In this document: positions 62,274 through 64,000 of the stretch, piece by piece
How positions within the stretch are numbered: the stretch's first letter is position 1
Layout: each line of letters opens with the position of its first letter
Assembly: GCA_018830005.1 (NCBI GenBank)
Contig: JAHJTE010000001.1
Coordinates: forward strand, 709,624 to 773,623
Source: Candidatus Omnitrophota bacterium
Lineage (GTDB): Bacteria; Omnitrophota; Gorgyraeia; JAHJTE01
Reading direction: 5' to 3'
Length of the DNA: 64,000 nt
Position numbers and translations under genes: made by a program
Notes under the pieces: model-generated
Seen by the model: the letters and a program-made list of their open reading frames with translations, nothing else
Database searches by the model: none
Told to the model about the DNA's origin: nothing

Positions 62274-63007
62274 TAATGCACCCAGAATCTGCTTTTAAGG
62301 AAGAGGGTAAAAAGATGTCTATATCTGTATATGGCCTCGTCTATAATATTAAATTTACTTTTTCTAGTGTCATCGCAATCAACAGAGATTTCAGTAATCT
62401 TACCGCCACTTTTGAAAATTCTGTAGATAGTTTCCACTACATAAGAAGTTCCTACATCCCGGCTTAGAAAATCCAGATATTGAAGCAAGGTCTTTCTTCT
62501 ATAGGCCTTGGCTGAGGGTGAATAGTCATGGAAGGGAAGTCCCATTAATAAATGCGCAATCCCTATATATATAATGCTTCCCCAGCGTCTTATCTTTGAT
62601 CTGCGTTGCGTCCCCATTACCTTAGAGCCTATGACTACCTCAAAGTCAGCTAAAAGATTGCAGGCCTTCTGAATAAAGCTCATATCAATAGTAAGATCCA
62701 TATCCAAGGATACAATTTTATCAAAGCAGGCCTTGCCAACTGCCTTACGAAAGGCCAACCCTACGCCCCTGCGACGACTAAGAATAACCTTAACATTAGA
62801 ATTTTTGCTAGCAAGCTCATTAGCTAAAAGAGCACTTTTATCAGTACAGCCGTTACAAGAAAGCATGACTTCGTAGTTGGGTTTAAGTTTCCCAAGATGA
62901 TTTAGAATCTTCGTAGTATTTTTAACAATCAAGTCTTCTTCATTATAGACCGGAATAATAACTGATATACCTTCTTTATCCATCTTTGCTCCTTTTTCTG
63001 GATGCAT
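62273..63007 (-). CDS. family-2 glycosyltransferase (polyprenyl-phosphate sugar synthase-like)
   Basis: ISVIIPVYNEEDLI N-terminus and the DxD-containing region VSLDMDL. Confidence 0.8.
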   Translation of the reverse strand: MHPEKGAKMDKEGISVIIPVYNEEDLIVKNTTKILNHLGKLKPNYEVMLSCNGCTDKSALLANELASKNSNVKVILSRRRGVGLAFRKAVGKACFDKIVSLDMDLTIDMSFIQKACNLLADFEVVIGSKVMGTQRRSKIRRWGSIIYIGIAHLLMGLPFHDYSPSAKAYRRKTLLQYLDFLSRDVGTSYVVETIYRIFKSGGKITEISVDCDDTRKSKFNIIDEAIYRYRHLFTLFLKSRFWVH

Positions 63008-63827
63008 AAGTTATGTATATTAAAATTATGATTACTAATCCTGAGAAAAATAACCAGCTATTTGTAAACCAATTCTTTAATGGCTCCTTTGCTTCAACTG
63101 ATAAAAAACAAGGGCTCATTTCTGAGTAATGTTTGTTCTTGTATTCATACTCGGCAATAAAGAATGCTAGGGAATTTGTAAGGGGCAGTACCTTAAAGTT
63201 TTGGAAGTCGAATTGGATTTCAATTTGTGCATTTGCAGGGAGTTTGAGCTTATCAGATTCTAGATGTGAGATAATCTCTTTAGCGTGCAGAACCTTGAGG
63301 GTGATCTCTTTAGTTGTCTCATCAAGATTCAGCAATGTTAGAGAGGCCTGCTTTTTTTGGTTGCCGGAAATTACGAAACTTGCAGCCTTAATTGCAATTC
63401 GGCTTAAAGTATTTTGGCCTACATTAAACTGGTGTATCCTTGGCGTTGAGAACGGATAGCCGTTTGCATCTTGATAAGAGATTAATAGAGGCAGATGATA
63501 TGTCCCCTCTAGGTTTACTCCCAGAGATTTGATATCTAAGTCTTCCTGCCAGATAAACTCTTTGTTCGGATCCAGGTTTACTGGATTAGATAAGATGTAG
63601 TCTTTATCTCTTGAGAGGATAGCCGGAAAAACTGAATAGGCAGTTTCATCTCCTTTGTTTTTCACCTTTACCTCAAGTCTTAATATTCCCTTTTTACTAT
63701 CTGGGTTAATAACCTCACTATTTATAACAGTTTCTATGGTTATTTGTTCTGCCAGGACATAATTAATAGGCATTAGGAGCATCACTGTCAGCGCGATAAA
63801 CAGATTAATAATAAAGTTTGTTTTCAT
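62976..63827 (-). CDS. hypothetical exported protein with a C-terminal TM anchor
   Basis: Signal peptide MKTNFIINLFIALTVMLLMP, C-terminal hydrophobic helix plus RKRSK. No family recognised. Confidence 0.45.
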   Translation of the reverse strand: MKTNFIINLFIALTVMLLMPINYVLAEQITIETVINSEVINPDSKKGILRLEVKVKNKGDETAYSVFPAILSRDKDYILSNPVNLDPNKEFIWQEDLDIKSLGVNLEGTYHLPLLISYQDANGYPFSTPRIHQFNVGQNTLSRIAIKAASFVISGNQKKQASLTLLNLDETTKEITLKVLHAKEIISHLESDKLKLPANAQIEIQFDFQNFKVLPLTNSLAFFIAEYEYKNKHYSEMSPCFLSVEAKEPLKNWFTNSWLFFSGLVIIILIYITYASRKRSKDG

Positions 63828-63841
63828 TATTTATATCCTCC

Positions 63842-64000
63842 TTATTTATTTTTCATATCTTTAATTGACGCCTTGGCATGTTCTACGTAGAGGGAGTACT
63901 TATCTATAGTTGCTGCTTTTTTTAAACTCTCAAGGGCTTTTTTATTCTTGCCCAAGCTTCGGTAGATCTGTCCTATTTCATAGTAAGATTCTGCTATATA
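63842..64000 (-). CDS. 3' end of a TPR-like protein (partial; the N-terminus lies beyond the window)
   Basis: Reverse-strand translation ...YIAESYYEIGQIYRSLGKNKKALESLKKAATIDKYSLYVEHAKASIKDMKNK*. Not in the ORF track, weak support. Confidence 0.25.
   Translation of the reverse strand, partial: YIAESYYEIGQIYRSLGKNKKALESLKKAATIDKYSLYVEHAKASIKDMKNK

Overview
This is a 64 kb, AT-rich chromosomal segment from a compact bacterial genome. Almost all genes are on the + strand, and many have overlapping start and stop codons. Conserved house-keeping blocks can be read directly from the translations. (1) The end of a dcw cluster (ddl 3' end, ftsQ, ftsA), followed directly by yggS, proC, mtnP, ileS, a DksA/TraR zinc-finger gene, lspA, lgt, rluD and aroA. 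(2) A cell-shape operon, mreB-mreC-mreD-mrdA(PBP2)-rodA, with a near-consensus promoter, followed by a TIGR03960-type radical SAM gene. (3) rng-rplU-obg-proB-proA-nadD-rpe-PGM/PMM-plsC-rpsA-tyrS. Two accessory regions interrupt this backbone. Both concern type IV pili (T4P) and cyclic-di-GMP.

Island A (about 19.4-38.8 kb) carries, in order, the following genes. First, a HAMP-GAF protein with a degenerate GGDEF domain. Second, a stand-alone MshEN/GspE-N domain protein and two tandem PilB-type ATPases, then PilC. Third, a GEMM (c-di-GMP-I) riboswitch leader and the major pilin pilA, with its own terminator. Fourth, two paralogous PMT/TMTC-like GT-C glycosyltransferase-TPR membrane proteins and two minor pilins. 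Fifth, a second GEMM leader, a 500-aa PilX-N-domain protein, and pilM-N-O-P-Q. The island sits between a TIGR03960 radical SAM gene and a short TIGR03936-like 'radical-SAM-linked' gene. Those two families are normally adjacent or fused.

Island B (about 52.3-60.8 kb) lies between a divergently transcribed CHASE2-GGDEF cyclase and a minus-strand B12-radical-SAM/GT2 operon. It contains no assembly machinery. It holds three more GEMM leaders, each ending in an intrinsic terminator, and seven prepilin-like genes. One is an 860-aa PilX-like protein with an extremely Cys-rich array encoded by near-perfect 60-bp and 15-bp DNA tandem repeats. Another is a pilin fused through a Pro/Thr linker to a roughly 330-aa C-terminal domain.

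No tRNA, rRNA, CRISPR array or transposase was recognised. Lineage guess, low confidence: an uncultivated AT-rich bacterium, possibly PVC/Omnitrophota-like.
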